A stretch of 64,000 nucleotides of DNA, from positions 4,758,225 to 4,822,224 of the forward strand of contig CM119267.1 in NCBI GenBank assembly GCA_051294375.1, written 5' to 3'. This DNA comes from Paraspadella gotoi. Its lineage: Eukaryota; Animalia; Chaetognatha. Below are positions 40,291-54,779 of this stretch, piece by piece (position 1 is the stretch's first letter; the number at the start of each line of letters is the position of its first letter). The notes under the pieces were generated by a model, which worked only from the letters and a program-made list of their open reading frames with translations, was not told where the DNA came from and searched no databases. The position numbers were made by a program, and so were the translations under genes.

Positions 40291-41553
40291 GAGAGAGAGA
40301 GACTGACGTTAAGACGTTATCTTCCTTGCTATCAAAATCAAGAATTAAAACTCATATCAAAACATTCTTACGTGTCTTCAATATTTTAATCATCCGAGAC
40401 ATTAACAAAATGTGACTCTTAAAGCGCAACATAAAAAAAAAAAAATAGCTATTTTCAACATAAAAAAATAATAGCTATTTTCAACATAAAAAACTGAACC
40501 AAGAAATATCTAGATTTGAAATCCGTTTTACACTCAATTTGAGCAAAATATTTCTTCAAAAAAGAAGATAAAAATTATATTCGTCCATTAGAATCGAAAT
40601 ATTGGCAAATAAACATAAAGGATGCACTTGTAAAAACCTTCTACGAATTGCATTATACTAATCTACTATCTCCAGAGCATATGATTTCTCTTCAACAACT
40701 AATTTTCAGAATCCGTTTTATATTGGATGTAGATGGAATGTTATTTGTTAAGTTACGTCGCTACCCCAAAGCGGAAGCACGTTGTGTATTACTATTTCTC
40801 TCTCNNNNNNNNNNNNNNNNNNNNNNNNNNNNNNNNNNNNNNNNNNNNNNNNNNNNNNNNNNNNNNNNNNNNNNNNNNNNNNNNNNNNNNNNNNNNNNNN
40901 NNNNNNNNNNNNNNNNNNNNNNNNNNNNNNNNNNNNNNNNNNNNNNNNNNNNNNNNNNNNNNNNNNNNNNNNNNNNNNNNNNNNNNNNNNNNNNNNNNNN
41001 NNNNNNNNNNNNNNNNNNNNNNNNNNNNNNNNNNNNNNNNNNNNNNNNNNNNNNNNNNNNNNNNNNNNNNNNCCGCCGCCGCTGCCGACTGTGTCACCGC
41101 CTCCGCTGCCTCCGGGACCCAGGTGCAACGGTAAGTAACTAGCGAGGGTAAGACGCGTTTCTAAGGTCGATTACTAGTGAAAAATGGTCGCCCAATTTCT
41201 TTTGTCTTCCCCCCAACCCAAAACTGGTTCCCGAGGGAATTTTTTGTCTCAGACTTCACACCCAGTTTAAAGACCCCCCAAACCCCCTAATCCCCCTGAC
41301 CTAACCCCCACTACCCTCCTCCCCTATCCTTGGAGCGAAAAATGACAAAAAAAAAAGAACGGTGATTCAAATGTGTTGCGCCGCAGTGACTGCCTTATCA
41401 CATGTATTTCTCGTGACATGACATGACGTGACATAACATGACTACAATAACTTTCTTAGTATTTATGACATACACTGTATCAAAATTGTAGTTTTAGGAT
41501 TTCCTGAAGGCAGGCGCTTGCTGTCCCTTACATTTGAGGTTTTTTTCGGGCCT

Positions 41554-41671
41554 AACAAAAGAGCAACCAACTACTATAAGGAAATTATATGCATTTTTAA
41601 CATAAGTGGGACAGACCGACCGAAAAGTGACTTAAAGAGTTGCTCCGCGAGTACTCGCGGCGCAACTAAAA
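41554..41671 (+). mobile_element. Short Helentron-associated (HINE/DINE-1-like) element end; noisy duplicate at ~33587-33706
   Basis: Sub-terminal inverted words CAACT(A)CTATAAG / CTTAAAGAGTTG and terminal hairpin AGTTGCTCCGCGAGTACTCGCGGCGCAACT followed by AAAA. Confidence 0.5.
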
Positions 41672-42553
41672 TGAAAATGATCCAAATTTGAATAAAAATA
41701 TCGTCGGGTTTTTATTTTTTTTTCGTCTGGATCCAAAATAAGGGAAAAAAATGAAGTAGGAGGGGGCGGTGTTGGGGGGGGGAGGAAAAAAGATATGAAT
41801 GTTGGGCGATGAATATGGAAATCGAGGAAAGAGGGGAAAAAATGAATGAGAAATGAATATATATCGATACCAGAATCGACGAGTATTTCAGAAATAGACC
41901 TGAAGTATTTTGACAACCCCCCCCCCCCAAAAAAGAAAAAAAAGAAAACTCGGAAACGAAAATTGCCGAAGAAATCGGTTAGCCGATTGGGAAATCAGAA
42001 ATGAAATGGATTCGAGAACCGAGAGTCGAACGGATCGAAAATTGTATGTTTTGAATTTTAAACTTGATTTTGTCCTCGGTAGCAAATAGGAAATAGAAAA
42101 TAGCAAATAGCAAATAGCAAATAGCAAATAGCAAATAGCAAATAACAAATAACAAATAACAAATAACAAATAACAAATAACAAATAGCAAAGAACTACTT
42201 GACAGAAGTTTGCAATAAATAAAAAGATAGGCGGATTCCACCCGCTGCCAGTTCGTTGTATTTAAGATGTAATAAATTAAAATTGTTTGAAGTAAAATCC
42301 TTCAACCAAATTCTTCTAAAATATTTCGCGCTTAGTATTTAGATTATTAGATTTCAACTTTTATTTTTTACGTCGACCCACCCGACCGAAAAATAATTCT
42401 GAGGAGAAGCTTCAACGCATCGGAAATAAGAACATTAAGTGGAATTGTCGCGGGGTTTTTTTCCGCTGATTTTTCAGTCGCCGCAGAAATGGAAACAAAG
42501 AGGATGAAATTGTTTTTCTAACGATCCAACTGTTTCTATCAATCTATCCATTC

Positions 42554-42617
<64 letters not shown>

Positions 42618-43211
42618 GTCTATCTTTCTATCTATCTATCATTCTTTATATTTCTCTATTCCAGAAATTCTAGCTCAATTCTCGCTCAACTTGGAGCTTC
42701 CCGATACGAATACCCTATGCCCAAATTATCCCCCAAAAATAACTAAAACAACAACAAAAGTTATCAAGTGAAAAATAAAATGCGTTGGAATCGAAAATAA
42801 AAACGACGTCTTAAGACGATGAAAAATCGCGGTAAAAACTCGACGATGTTTGGGGATAAAAAAACCAAAAAAAAACAAAAAAAACAAAACAAAAAAACAA
42901 ACGCCTTCCATCCCTTTTTCCGTTTTCTTTTCTTCACTTCACTCTTACAAGATAATAACATAGCAGGTCCCTGAAAGCTTTCAATCAAGACTCTTTCACA
43001 GACTCGTTTATTCACTACCAAAGTACATGAAAAGGTATAATTTTTCAATTTTTTATTTTCTAAAAAAATTTTTTCTTTCTATATACTAGTAATTACTCTC
43101 TTCTCCTTTTATACTTATTGCTCCTTCCTTTTTCCCACCTTTCTTTTCATACCTTCTCCTTTTTTTCCCCTTAACCTCCGCCAGTTCTCGGCGACGACTA
43201 GGAATCATTCA

Positions 43212-43287
43212 GTTCCGCTTGGCAACGCAGTTTCCCTGGCAACGACGAAGACTCCCCGGAGACGGGTAAACAAGTTGCCATGGCAAC
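43212..43287. promoter_or_regulatory. Cluster of three RFX X-box motifs (duplicate at ~35359-35454)
   Basis: GTTCCGCTTGGCAAC, GTTTCCCTGGCAAC and the perfect palindrome GTTGCCATGGCAAC within 76 bp of a CpG-rich island. Confidence 0.6.
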
Positions 43288-43488
43288 GCCGCGTCAACGT
43301 CGCTTCTTTCGATTCAACGATCGATTCTCCCCCCCCTTTTTTTTCGGGTGAGTCTGCGACGGATTTCGGCGACCGGGTGTCGACAGGTGGCGTCGGAGGC
43401 GATGACAGGTGCGGGTGAATGGTCGATGTTGTCACAATTAGTCCTTTGATTTAAATCCGGATGAAGGAGAGAAAGAGAGAAAGAGAGA

Positions 43489-43520
<32 letters not shown>

Positions 43521-43689
43521 AACAAAAAAACCAAAAAAAAAAGGCGCGATAAAAAAGATTTAGAGCGTCAGGTTCTTTCGCCTCATTTCCACTCAAGAAT
43601 CATTGGACTTTGGCTTTCGGCAGGAAATCGCCTGCTGACGAGAGCCGATGGTGGACGACCGGCAGAGATCGAGAAAAGCCGGCAAGGAC

Positions 43690-43920
43690 TGACGCTGACA
43701 ATGACCGCCTGAACCTTTCCGTGATTGCTGACACTGACAGTGACCTACTAAAGCTGACAGGGTTCGACAGAAGCTGAAAGTGATCAATTGAAGATACGAT
43801 CCACTGAAGCTAACTCGGATCGATCGAAGCCGACTATGACCCACTGAAGCCGACAGTGAGCGACTGAAGCTGACAATGATGGTTTAACGCTGACAGTGAC
43901 CGACTGAAACTAACTGTGAC
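43690..43920. repeat. 20-bp minisatellite (CGACTGAAGCTGACAGTGAC); noisy duplicate at ~35890-36145
   Basis: Strict 20-nt period over 43801-43920. Confidence 0.8.
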
Positions 43921-46900
43921 CAAATGTGGTCGACTGTGGTCGGCAGATGCGGAGTGATGTTGTCTGTTTTGCCTTCCTTGTGGGAAACCGAATGGAAAGA
44001 AAAGAGCGAAGCTTTTTTGGTTAAAGGAAAAAAGTCTGTTTCCTAAGATGAAACAATTATGATCTTTTGTTCGGTTTAGCTGGAGGGACTTTTTAAATGG
44101 AGAAAGTTTATTATCAATTGAAAGTGTGAAAAACATTTTTTACGTTAAGCTATTAAGAAGAGAATTATGCATTGGTACCTATCTTCTGTAGAGACGTACT
44201 TAAATTTTTTTTAAAATTTGGTTATCTCTAACGTTATCTATATTACAGTACTCTTAGTGTTTACTATGTTCCGCCTTATTAGCCATATTTTCTTAATTTC
44301 GTTATCTCTAACGTTATTTATATTACAGAACTGTTTACTCTGTTTACCTTAATAAGGTCCTTATTTTCGTAACAGATGTGATATAATATTCATGGAGACG
44401 AATAAGATAAAACAAATTTGAAGTCTCTTGCGAATAGAGAGGAAAAACATGTTGTCTTCCTTTTTTNNNNNNNNNNNNNNNNNNNNNNNNNNNNNNNNNN
44501 NNNNNNNNNNNNNNNNNNNNNNNNNNNNNNNNNNNNNNNNNNNNNNNNNNNNNNNNNNNNNNNNNNNNNNNNNNNNNNNNNNNNNNNNNNNNNNNNNNNN
44601 NNNNNNNNNNNNNNNNNNNNNNNNNNNNNNNNNNNNNNNNNNNNNNNNNNNNNNNNNNNNNNNNNNNNNNNNNNNNNNNNNNNNNNNNNNNNNNNNNNNN
44701 NNNNNNNNNNNNNNNNNNNNNNNNNNNNNNNNNNNNNNNNNNNNNNNNNNNNNNNNNNNNNNNNNNNNNNNNNNNNNNNNNNNNNNNNNNNNNNNNNNNN
44801 NNNNNNNNNNNNNNNNNNNNNNNNNNNNNNNNNNNNNNNNNNNNNNNNNNNNNNNNNNNNNNNNNNNNNNNNNNNNNNNNNNNNNNNNNNNNNNNNNNNN
44901 NNNNNNNNNNNNNNNNNNNNNNNNNNNNNNNNNNNNNNNNNNNNNNNNNNNNNNNNNNNNNNNNNNNNNNNNNNNNNNNNNNNNNNNNNNNNNNNNNNNN
45001 NNNNNNNNNNNNNNNNNNNNNNNNNNNNNNNNNNNNNNNNNNNNNNNNNNNNNNNNNNNNNNNNNNNNNNNNNNNNNNNNNNNNNNNNNNNNNNNNNNNN
45101 NNNNNNNNNNNNNNNNNNNNNNNNNNNNNNNNNNNNNNNNNNNNNNNNNNNNNNNNNNNNNNNNNNNNNNNNNNNNNNNNNNNNNNNNNNNNNNNNNNNN
45201 NNNNNNNNNNNNNNNNNNNNNNNNNNNNNNNNNNNNNNNNNNNNNNNNNNNNNNNNNNNNNNNNNNNNNNNNNNNNNNNNNNNNNNNNNNNNNNNNNNNN
45301 NNNNNNNNNNNNNNNNNNNNNNNNNNNNNNNNNNNNNNNNNNNNNNNNNNNNNNNNNNNNNNNNNNNNNNNNNNNNNNNNNNNNNNNNNNNNNNNNNNNN
45401 NNNNNNNNNNNNNNNNNNNNNNNNNNNNNNNNNNNNNNNNNNNNNNNNNCCCATTCGCTAATTGTTTTTCAGTAAATATCTTCCGGGGATCTTCCTTTAA
45501 TAAAACATTTCACTGTTCATTTCTCGTCAATCCGTTTTTTTCCATCGCGTTTTTCTTTCTTCTCACCATGAACTCTTCTGGACGGCATTATTTCTTTCCT
45601 TTCCTCCATTTTTCTCTTTTTTTCCCCCCATTTCTTTTCTTTTTTCTTTCTTTTCTTTTATTTTCTTTTTCTCTATTTTTCCCCCTTTTCTTTATTCTTC
45701 ATTTCTTTTCTTTTTCCATTTTTCTCTTCTCTTTTTTCTCTTCTTTTCTTTCTTCTTCATTTCTTTTAGTATTTTCTTTCTCCATTTTTCTCTTCTCTTT
45801 TTTTCTCTTTATTTCTTTCCTCTTCATTTTTTTTCTTTATTCATGACTTGAAACAATATTTCATATTGTATCTATGATTCGTCGGTTTATTTAATTTTAC
45901 GTGTCTCTTGTATAATATACAAATAAAACTATTTCGGATTGAAAGTACCTTTGTCATACATATTATCTGACGAAAAAGACATTCAATTTTTTTCAAGCGT
46001 GACTTACAAGCGATAACCCGCTATAAATCTTGTTACTACGTGAAATCCAAAAAAAATTTCATTTGAACAAAGATGAAATTTTTCGGTGAGTGAATTCGCC
46101 ATAAATTTTTTTGAGAAAAAGACAGAAAAGTGATTTCTTTTTTAATAACAAGAAAATAAATATATCCGCAAAAAAAAAAAAAAAAAAAACATACAGATTT
46201 GTTTCGTTTTACTTTTTTTTTTCTCTCGCGTCGCCATTGGATCATCCACCGCCATTCCATCTCCCCACCCCCACCCCCACCCACCCCTCTTTATCCTTCA
46301 ACTTTCGCGCTCAATCGTTTTTCCTTCACCGAATTGTTATTTGTCGTTGTTGTTGTTGTCGTTGTTTGTTGTTGTTGTCGTTGAAAGAAGGAAGGGGAAG
46401 AGATTTTTATTTTATCTTCTCATATAGTTTCGGTAATTATCTTATTCGTTAGAAATCAGAGATGTGGACGCGATTCCGGAAAGCGTAAAGCGAATCACTG
46501 TGGAAGCGGCCAATTTTTGAAGAACCCGAAACCGGGAGCGATAGAAAAATTGAGAATAAAGGATGACCCGGAAGCGATTAATACCTGCGTGTTCGCTTCT
46601 GTTCTCTTTGTTTTTATTTGGTTAGAAATGAAGGTATTTAATGTATAAAAAATCTTTTGCAACCACTGCTCTGCTCTTTCTTGATTTTTCTTTTAAAACA
46701 TTCTTGTTTCAAATTTATTTTCAACATTTAAAATTGTTTGCTCGCTAATTTTTTATTCACTTTTTTTATCTCTCTTTATATTTTTTGTTTCTTTTATTCT
46801 CTTTTCCTCTTTAGGTCAGCAAAGATACTATTGAAAAAAAAATTAACATATTTATTTTTTTTTAATTATTATTTTTAAATATATTAAATAAATCTGAAGC

Positions 46901-49449
46901 TGACAAAAAGAATTGTTTCCATTATCGTGAAAAACTTGTAATTAAGTTATTACAAATTATAACATTAAATTTTTTATATTCTATAAAACTAAAAATTTTA
47001 TTTCATATATTTTTATTATTTTTGCTTTAAATTTAAGTCTCCTTTTTTAAACAATCCATAACGTTTTTCACTGGTTAACAAAACAAGTTTAACAAAAAGG
47101 ATTGATTCTGTTAGTTATTGGCAATATTGCATAAGTAATTATGCCTTCTATACATACTTAAATCTCTAACACACTCACTCTCTATCTTCTTTTCTTTTTT
47201 CCCCTCTTGTTACCAAACAAAAGCAAATAAAAAATATATAAAATAAATTAAATCAAAATTATTAATAAACCAAGTTGAGCAAAACAATGCCGAGATCTGC
47301 CCACGATCATTAGCGGTAATTAATTGATTAAATTAAATTAAGAAAAAAAATTTAATAATTACATATTAAATTATTAAATAATAAATCGAACATTTGGGAG
47401 CTTCAAATGATTTGAAAAAGACGACAACGACGATGAATACAATGACGAAAACGACGACGAAAGTCTTTGTACTTTGTGAGCCGTAGTACAGTAGTGGTCA
47501 ATAAGAATGACCTGTTTTTTACCCCAATCTTGTTATGGCTGACCTTTTTCTCAGCCAATGTAAATACTTAGTTGTTGTTGTTATTATTTTTATCATTTTT
47601 ACTTTTTTACTTGTTTTTGATTAATACCAGGTTTTGTTTATCACAAAACACGGCCTCAAATTTTTTATTAATTTTAGTTTTTGCAAGTAACCGCAAACAT
47701 TATAAAAATATTTCAATTAATTAATTTAAAGAAGCAAAGAATTTTGAATTTGTACAACGATTATTTAATTAATAGTTGGACATTGTTTCGGCTTGTTTAC
47801 CTCAAACCTTCATCCAGCATATGACATTCAATAATAAATTTGGTGTAAAAAAAGAGTGAGAGAGAGAGAGAGAGAAGAAGAGAGAGAGAGGGTTAAAGTT
47901 TTTCCAACAAAGTGGTGAGACAGAATAGTGGTCAGAATGTGAGACAGGTTGAAGGTAAGGGCAGATTGGAGTGAGTTATGAAAAGAAGTTGAAACTTGTT
48001 AAAGAGAGAGTGAGAGAGAGAAACAACAAAAGGGATAAAAATAATAAAGATATCATTTTTGCAATGTTACAACAGATAAAGGAGTTTAATTAATTAAATA
48101 TTAATGATGGCAACCTAGACATTGGATAATACGACAATGACAATTGCATTGATTGCTTAATTTTTGATTGATTGATTGAATATTTGTATTATTGACTTGA
48201 ATATTAATTAAACTGATCAGTTCTGGCATTGTTAGCTCAAACTTGTTTGTTTTTTTTGTTCTTTTCTTATGACAAAAGAATTGATGACCTGATGTGATTA
48301 TTGAATGACAACGAGGATAGCACCATCATAATTAATTGAATGATTGATTGATCAAAATAAAGAAATTCATATCAGGCCTGTTAATTTTTAGGTCCTTTTG
48401 TTGATTTTATTAATTAGTTTGATTGATAAATTAATTGATTATTTAATTTATTGATTGATAAAAATTGATTCATTAATTTTTTAAGTGATTTTGATTGATT
48501 AGTTGTTTAGTTAATTGCATTGATTGATTAATTATTGATTTAATTGAATAATTAATGCAGCTTGTATTTATATTTTAATAAAAGAGAAAAAGCAAATAGG
48601 GAAAAAGGTTTTTTTTTTGTTTTTTTTTCTATTTAAACTCATTTCCACTCGAACGATTGTCTTACAATCTTACAAATCTTACAATTTTTCATAATTAAAA
48701 ATTTTTACTTGTTATTTGTTAACAAAAAAGACTGTTTAAAATATTCTACGAAATGAATTACATGTCTAAAGAGTATTTTTATAAATAATAAAATGTAAAA
48801 ATTTCTAAAAGAAGGAAGCGATGGTGCACTCGAAACCGAAAGCGATCCGGGCTAAAAAAGTAACGGATTGCCACCGAAAACGGGAGCGGGAGGGTCTTGG
48901 AAGGCCGGATTGGCAGCGGCGGAAAAATCGATCGCTTCCACATCTTTGTTAAGAAACTTACGCGACCGATGAGAGCAGGGGAGAGAGAGAGGGGAGAGGA
49001 GAGAGAGGAGAGAGAGAGAGTGACGAGAGAGAGAGAGGAGGATGAGAGAGAGAGAGAGAGAGAGAGAGAGTGATGGAGAGTAGAGAAGATAGGGAGAGAG
49101 GAGAGAGAGAGATGCGGGGCGAAAGAAAACGTGCAAAGAAGCGATGGCTCTTCTTCTTTTTTTTATTCTTCATTCGCCCGAATTCATGAATTCTCGCACA
49201 AAGGAATAAAATAAAAGAAAAAAAAAGAAAGAAATTTCCCCGGTTCTACTTTTTTTAATCTTTTGTCGAAGTTTCGGTCTTGATAAAAATAATAAAAATT
49301 ATCTGGTTGTGGATGTTAAATGTTAATATATTTCTAGGATTCGCAATCTTGAAATATGAAGATATGTCAAGGTCTGTCTGTTTTGGTCTATTTCACTTTC
49401 CGTCTGCTCTTTTTGTCAAATGTTAATCATCCCATCTGATTAAAACAGA

Positions 49450-49496
<47 letters not shown>

Positions 49497-51102
49497 ATAT
49501 AAAAGAAAAGGAGAAATGAAAAGAAAAGAAAAGAAAAGAAAAGAAAAGAAAAGAAAAGAAAAGAAAAGAAAAGAGTAGAGGAGAAGTTAAGACAAAAGAA
49601 AAAAGAAAAATAAAAAAGGAAAAGGAAAAGAAAAAGGAATAAGTTAAAAAGGACAAACGAAATTCGTGTCTGACCCAAAATCCCTCGTGCCATTTTCGAG
49701 GTGGCAAAGGTGAAGGCCGGTCAAGTCGAACGAACTCTGGCGGTGAAAGTAAAGGGCTCAATGAAGACAAGGCATAGGCCCAAGATGACATGGAAAAGGC
49801 AGAAATTAAGACAAGGCGAAAGCCCAAGATGACGTCGATCAAGTGGTAGGGATTGCAACGCGAAATAAGCCAAATCTGAATTGAATTAAAAGCTTGGAAC
49901 AGGGAGAGTAAGACAAGAGAAGTCATAGGAAAATGATGATCTTTACTTTATTAGCCCATAGATATTATGTAATATATATAATATATTGTAAGTATATTAA
50001 TTTCTTCGAAAATAAAACAAGCTAATAGAAAGGGGGCAACATGTATGACAAGGAAAAGTCAAGACAAAAACCAAAGTCATTCGGAGCCGTGAAATCGCGG
50101 AGTAGAAAAGTTATAACTGACCTCATCCGCTCTTTTGTAATCATTGTCGTCGTCGTCGTCGTCGTTTCCTCATCGTGGTTGTAATCGTTCTCTGTTTACT
50201 TCACTAGACTCGACATCTGATACCGTAGCCACTGGAGTCGAGAATCGAGATCGCCTGTTGTGTCCCTTGTCCTCGTAACACAAACAAACCCTCTCGGCGG
50301 ATCCGTCTGTCGCAACGACGACGACGACGACGGCCAATAATTACTATAAACGACTGTCGAAGATTCAATTTCCATAAGCTGTTTCTGTTTAACTTTGTTT
50401 AACTTTAAACTTGGAGAATTCATTCCTAGAAAAACAGCAGATTCTGTCTTGTTGGGTATCAATTGATACTTTTAAAATAGAACCAGATGTGTACACAACG
50501 AATTGTTGTTAAAAATATAATCTTGTATCAGCGGTTTAAGCTCCTGCTTAGGATTAACCTCATTTCGATGAACTAATCCTAATCAGTCTGTTAAATTTTT
50601 ATTTGTTACGAATAGTCTCTCGGTTGTTTGATGCCTCTTTTATTATTGAATTCGTATTTTTGTTTGCTTACGAAGTATCTGATTGATCAAGTATTTTTAA
50701 AAGTCGCTCTCTGATTGGTTAGTCCTTATGATTGTACCTTAACCAAAATATATAAAAGAGATGTGTACCTAAAACTAACGAGGAATAGTTCACACAATGC
50801 ACTCGTGACAGTCGTAAGCATTTTAAAATGATATTTTGTAATTTTATGGTTAAGCTTAAAGTTGACTATTTTTAATAAGTCTATTTTTTTTGTATTTATC
50901 TTTAGAAATAGTCTCTCTTCGACTTGCTTTATGTCTCCCTTCGACTTGCTTTATGTCTCCCTTCTACTTGCTTCACGTCTCACGCTCATGTTATGTCTAC
51001 TACAATAAATATTTACTAAATTTACATTCTCTCGATTCTCTATAAATAAATAGCAAGTCAGAAAACACTAGCTCGCTCACGGCGTTACGGTAAAATCCTC
51101 AA

Positions 51103-51862
51103 TAAGGCGTACGGTGAAAGTTAACATACGAACAATCTTCGAAAAGTCAATATATGACACACACATACCATCAGTGAACATTAATTGGTAAAAAACAATT
51201 AATTTTATGTTTTTAATTTTCGGCAGTGCGCGTAGTAAATAATTAATAGTAAGGTATTAGTACTATCCTTATAAAAATTGAAAAATTTCAAAATAAGGCT
51301 TTCTAATTTTGATTGCAGATATTGTAATTCTTGCGGTCAAAACGCTTATAAAAGAAATAGTTGATTAATTCATTTTTTAAAAATGTATTCTCGTTCATTA
51401 TATTAAGGTGTACAGGAATACATATACAATGAATATACTACATAACAGTATAATATATTAAAAGATCGTAGAATTACAGTTTTAAATATAGCTTTTTTTT
51501 TAATCTGATCTCCTAACATATAATCCGAAGGAATTGTTTCATAAAAAGACGTATAATAAAGAAAAACTCATATTTCTCTATTAATCAACTTATTATGACT
51601 GATGCCAAAAATCAATGCAAAAAAAGTGAACCTTGAAAACTGTTCTGTAAATATTCTAAAGTTTACCTGATTAAGTAAAAGTACTAGTAGTCTACAATTA
51701 TGAGAAAGAGCGAATAAACCAAATACGAATGCATAAGCATGATAAAAAATATTATATAACAATTTATTTCGATAATAACCCATGAAATGATTTACATAAT
51801 GCATAACGATGATATATGGTCAGTATTCGCACCACTTTTAAGAATTAATATTAAAGTTAACT
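51103..51862 (+). mobile_element. Degraded or noisy copy of the foldback MITE
   Basis: Starts TAAGGCGTACGGTGAAAGTT and shares internal words (CATACCATCAGTGAA, AGTACTATCCTTATAAAA, TTTTGATTGCAGAT). Confidence 0.65.
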
Positions 51863-53239
51863 TCACATGAATATGGTCCGATACAAGACAACTATACATC
51901 CTCGAGATATACAGATCATATAAATAAAAAAAATAATCAAACTAACAAAAGTACAAGATAAACAATCTACAGAAATAGAGTCTATGAATTAAAAAGTGCA
52001 CAAACAATGCTGATTACTTTGTCTACATCTAAAGTTGTTTGTGACTGTAATTCGAAACGCTGATATGAATTTCGGACTATAAGCTCGACCTATATCATCC
52101 GCTGCTATAGCATAACGATAGCAGACGAGATAAACTAGCCTCATCTGTTATCATTGCCATACCTGATTCCGATTGATACGCTTCAAAGGCGGGCCGAGTC
52201 GATACGATCAAATAATAGATAAACTGTTACATATTTGCTGCCCCTGAATAAAACAAAAGATCTTAACTCATAGAACGTCAAGAATATACTGCGTAAATAT
52301 CAAAAATGTGGAGGAAGAAAGAGTAAGTGAACATGAAGAGAGAGAAGAGAAGGCAAAGGAAAGAGAACGATAGTAGTATTCCTTACCATTTCTGAAGCGG
52401 TCTTGTGGGCCGTTGCGTGAAACCCATCGTAAGTTAACTACGTGTAAAGTACAAAGTGTCATATGTTTCGAAATTCGCGACATGAGCCTATACTCCCAGC
52501 AAACTATATGCAATAAAAAATAATAAGCGAAAAGCACGTAGTCAGATAGGTCGTCCAATATCGAAGAGAAACCGTCGGATATGATATAACTCAAATAATG
52601 ATCTAATGGACAAATTGCAAGAAGAAGAATTACTGTTGTATAACTGACGTATGCATTTCCAAGAGGAAAACAGTAGATGTCTGTTGGGAATTTGAGAGCC
52701 CCACGATATGCACATAGAGTGCGTAGCACGTATGGAAGAACATAAATTCTACATCATATATGAAAGGTGAACAACATAGGTATTATAGAAACAAGTAGAT
52801 GAGACGCTAATATATAGAGATATACATAGAAGTACACACCAGATAATATATCAGTCGGTGTACCTCGCTCTGGAGAGACAGATATACATTATAATTATAC
52901 ATAAAACTTAAGTATGGCAGATACTATATACCATCTCTCATTCCTCTNNNNNNNNNNNNNNNNNNNNNNNNNTGTTCCATCGCTCAATCTTTTCATCACT
53001 CCACCCTAATGCCCACTGGCACTTTTTTCCATCGATGCCCCCTTGCTGCGGCTCCTGAAGCAGCGGACTAAAACACGCGTATAAAACTTGTGTTTTTAAT
53101 GCTTCGTCGTTCTCACCGTCGCAACAGCTTCCTCCATCGTTCAAATTATCGTTGTCGTTTCTGTCTATCTCGATCCTGACGGATGAGTCACCAAGCCAGC
53201 CAGAATTTTTTTGTTGTAAAAGTAATGGAGGGAAAGACA

Positions 53240-53310
53240 ACCCTAATACCTAACATTAATCCCTAACCCTAATCCCTAACCCTAATCTCTCGCCCCTAAA
53301 CTAACCTTAT
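53240..53310 (-). repeat. Interstitial TTAGGG-like tract (similar tract at ~23970-24010)
   Basis: CCCTAACCCTAATCCCTAACCCTAA; flanked by ~60-bp direct repeats (53141-53205 and 53345-53401). Confidence 0.6.
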
Positions 53311-54341
53311 TCTTAACCAAAACCCGAAACAATTAATCCGTCATTCAAATTATTGTCGTTTTTGTCGATCCCGATCCTGACTTTGAGTCATCCAGCCAGA
53401 AGAGAGAGAGAGAGAGCGAGAGAGATTCGCTGCTCCGTCAGACGGTAAGGGGGAAACGAAGAGCATTTCGCTGAAAAATTACTGAATCGAATTTAAATAA
53501 GAAATAAAAGAAAGAAAAAACAAAAAGGGTTTATTTATTTTTTTTTTTATAAAAAAGAATTTTTATTTAAAAAAAAATAACATAGTATCGATGTTTAAAA
53601 TATTAAGTAAATAGTTTCATAAACTTGGGAATTGTGATGTTAGTTTTTCTGAGGGTAAGTTGAAGATCTGGCCCCGTTTCTTCTCAACATCTCTCTCCCC
53701 TCGATTCCATGAGGGGAAACCACCTCTGTGAGGATTGGTCAAGAAGAGAAGAAAAGGCAGAAAGCCAAAGAGTAGTAATATCAGAACAATGCGAGACAAG
53801 CTACTGATCAATCCGTTTTCCTGCGATGAGTATAGCAATATCGAGTACAATAATGCATAAATAAAAAAAAAAATTGTTTATAGTTGAGCGGGACTGGACA
53901 TGATATATTGCACCAAATAAGTGTTTCCCCTGGGGCATGTAACCCGCATATTTATTTCAGGAATAGAGACAATTCTCGCAATTATAATGGATGATCTTTT
54001 CGTTGTTGCGTAAAAAAACATTCAAAAATTCATCAGAGTCATACAGCGGAGCCTTTCCTTTATCCACAAAAATGAAAACTCCAAAATCATAATTTTCTCG
54101 CATCCTTATTGGCTGAAGGACGTGTACGCTGACACCTCTATTTTCAAGTTTTCTTATTATATTATTCTTTTTCTTTTTTTCTTTATATTATTTACAATTT
54201 GTCCCAATTGTGAATAAATAATCGTTGTTTTACAAACATAACCACTTTGTTTTCTCTAAGTTTTTTTCTTAATACTTTAACTTTTCAGATTATTATTCAT
54301 ATAATCGTGTACAATGTTATATTTCAAATTTAAAATATTTT

Positions 54342-54535
54342 ATTTAGGAGAAAACAAATTTTTTTATCGGGCAACGATATATTTAGCATTAAAATCGAAA
54401 ATAGTTTGACTCTTGTTCGCGAGTCTTTATCAGCGATAAACGCAAAGGAAGACTCGCAAAACAAGTCAAAACATTTCCGATTTTAAAGCTAAATAAATTA
54501 TTGTTGCCCATTAAAAACTTTTGTTTTTGCCTAAA
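54342..54535. repeat. ~190-bp imperfect palindrome just downstream of the transposase remnant
   Basis: Arms GGGCAAC..TTTAGC.TTAAAATCG..TTTGAC..GCGAGTCTT / AAGACTCGC..GTCAAA..CGATTTTAAAGCTAAA..GTTGCCC. Confidence 0.8.
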
Positions 54536-54779
54536 TTACAAAATAACGAAAAGAGAGAAATAACCCAATGTAATTATTTTAATGAAAGTTGAAATGCAAC
54601 TTGTACATTTAAACAGGAAAAACATGTAAAGTGCATTAAATAAGACAACAAACAATTCTTAAATTAATAACATTAACAATTAAAGAGTTGTTTAATTTAA
54701 ATTATATAAAAAAAAACTAGCGCCAAAAATTAAATTACAAGACAAGTTGGGCGAAATCTTTTTTCGTTTCTGCTTTTGG

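Larger units (their letters stand above)
29921..44466. repeat. Tandem duplicated block: ~29921-37160 versus ~38384-44466
   Basis: Collinear sequence differing mostly by 1-nt indels and bounded by N gaps; probably uncollapsed haplotypes or long-read gap fill. Confidence 0.85.

Noticed and set aside
43690-43920. TEADSDR-like coding repeat
   Set aside because: Period is 20 nt, not a multiple of three
49690-50340. Minus-strand ORF fragments with candidate splice sites
   Set aside because: No consistent frame between segments and no recognisable homology
50488-50810. Possible solo LTR (TG...CA with ATTGG and TATATAAAA)
   Set aside because: No TSD, PBS, PPT or second copy visible
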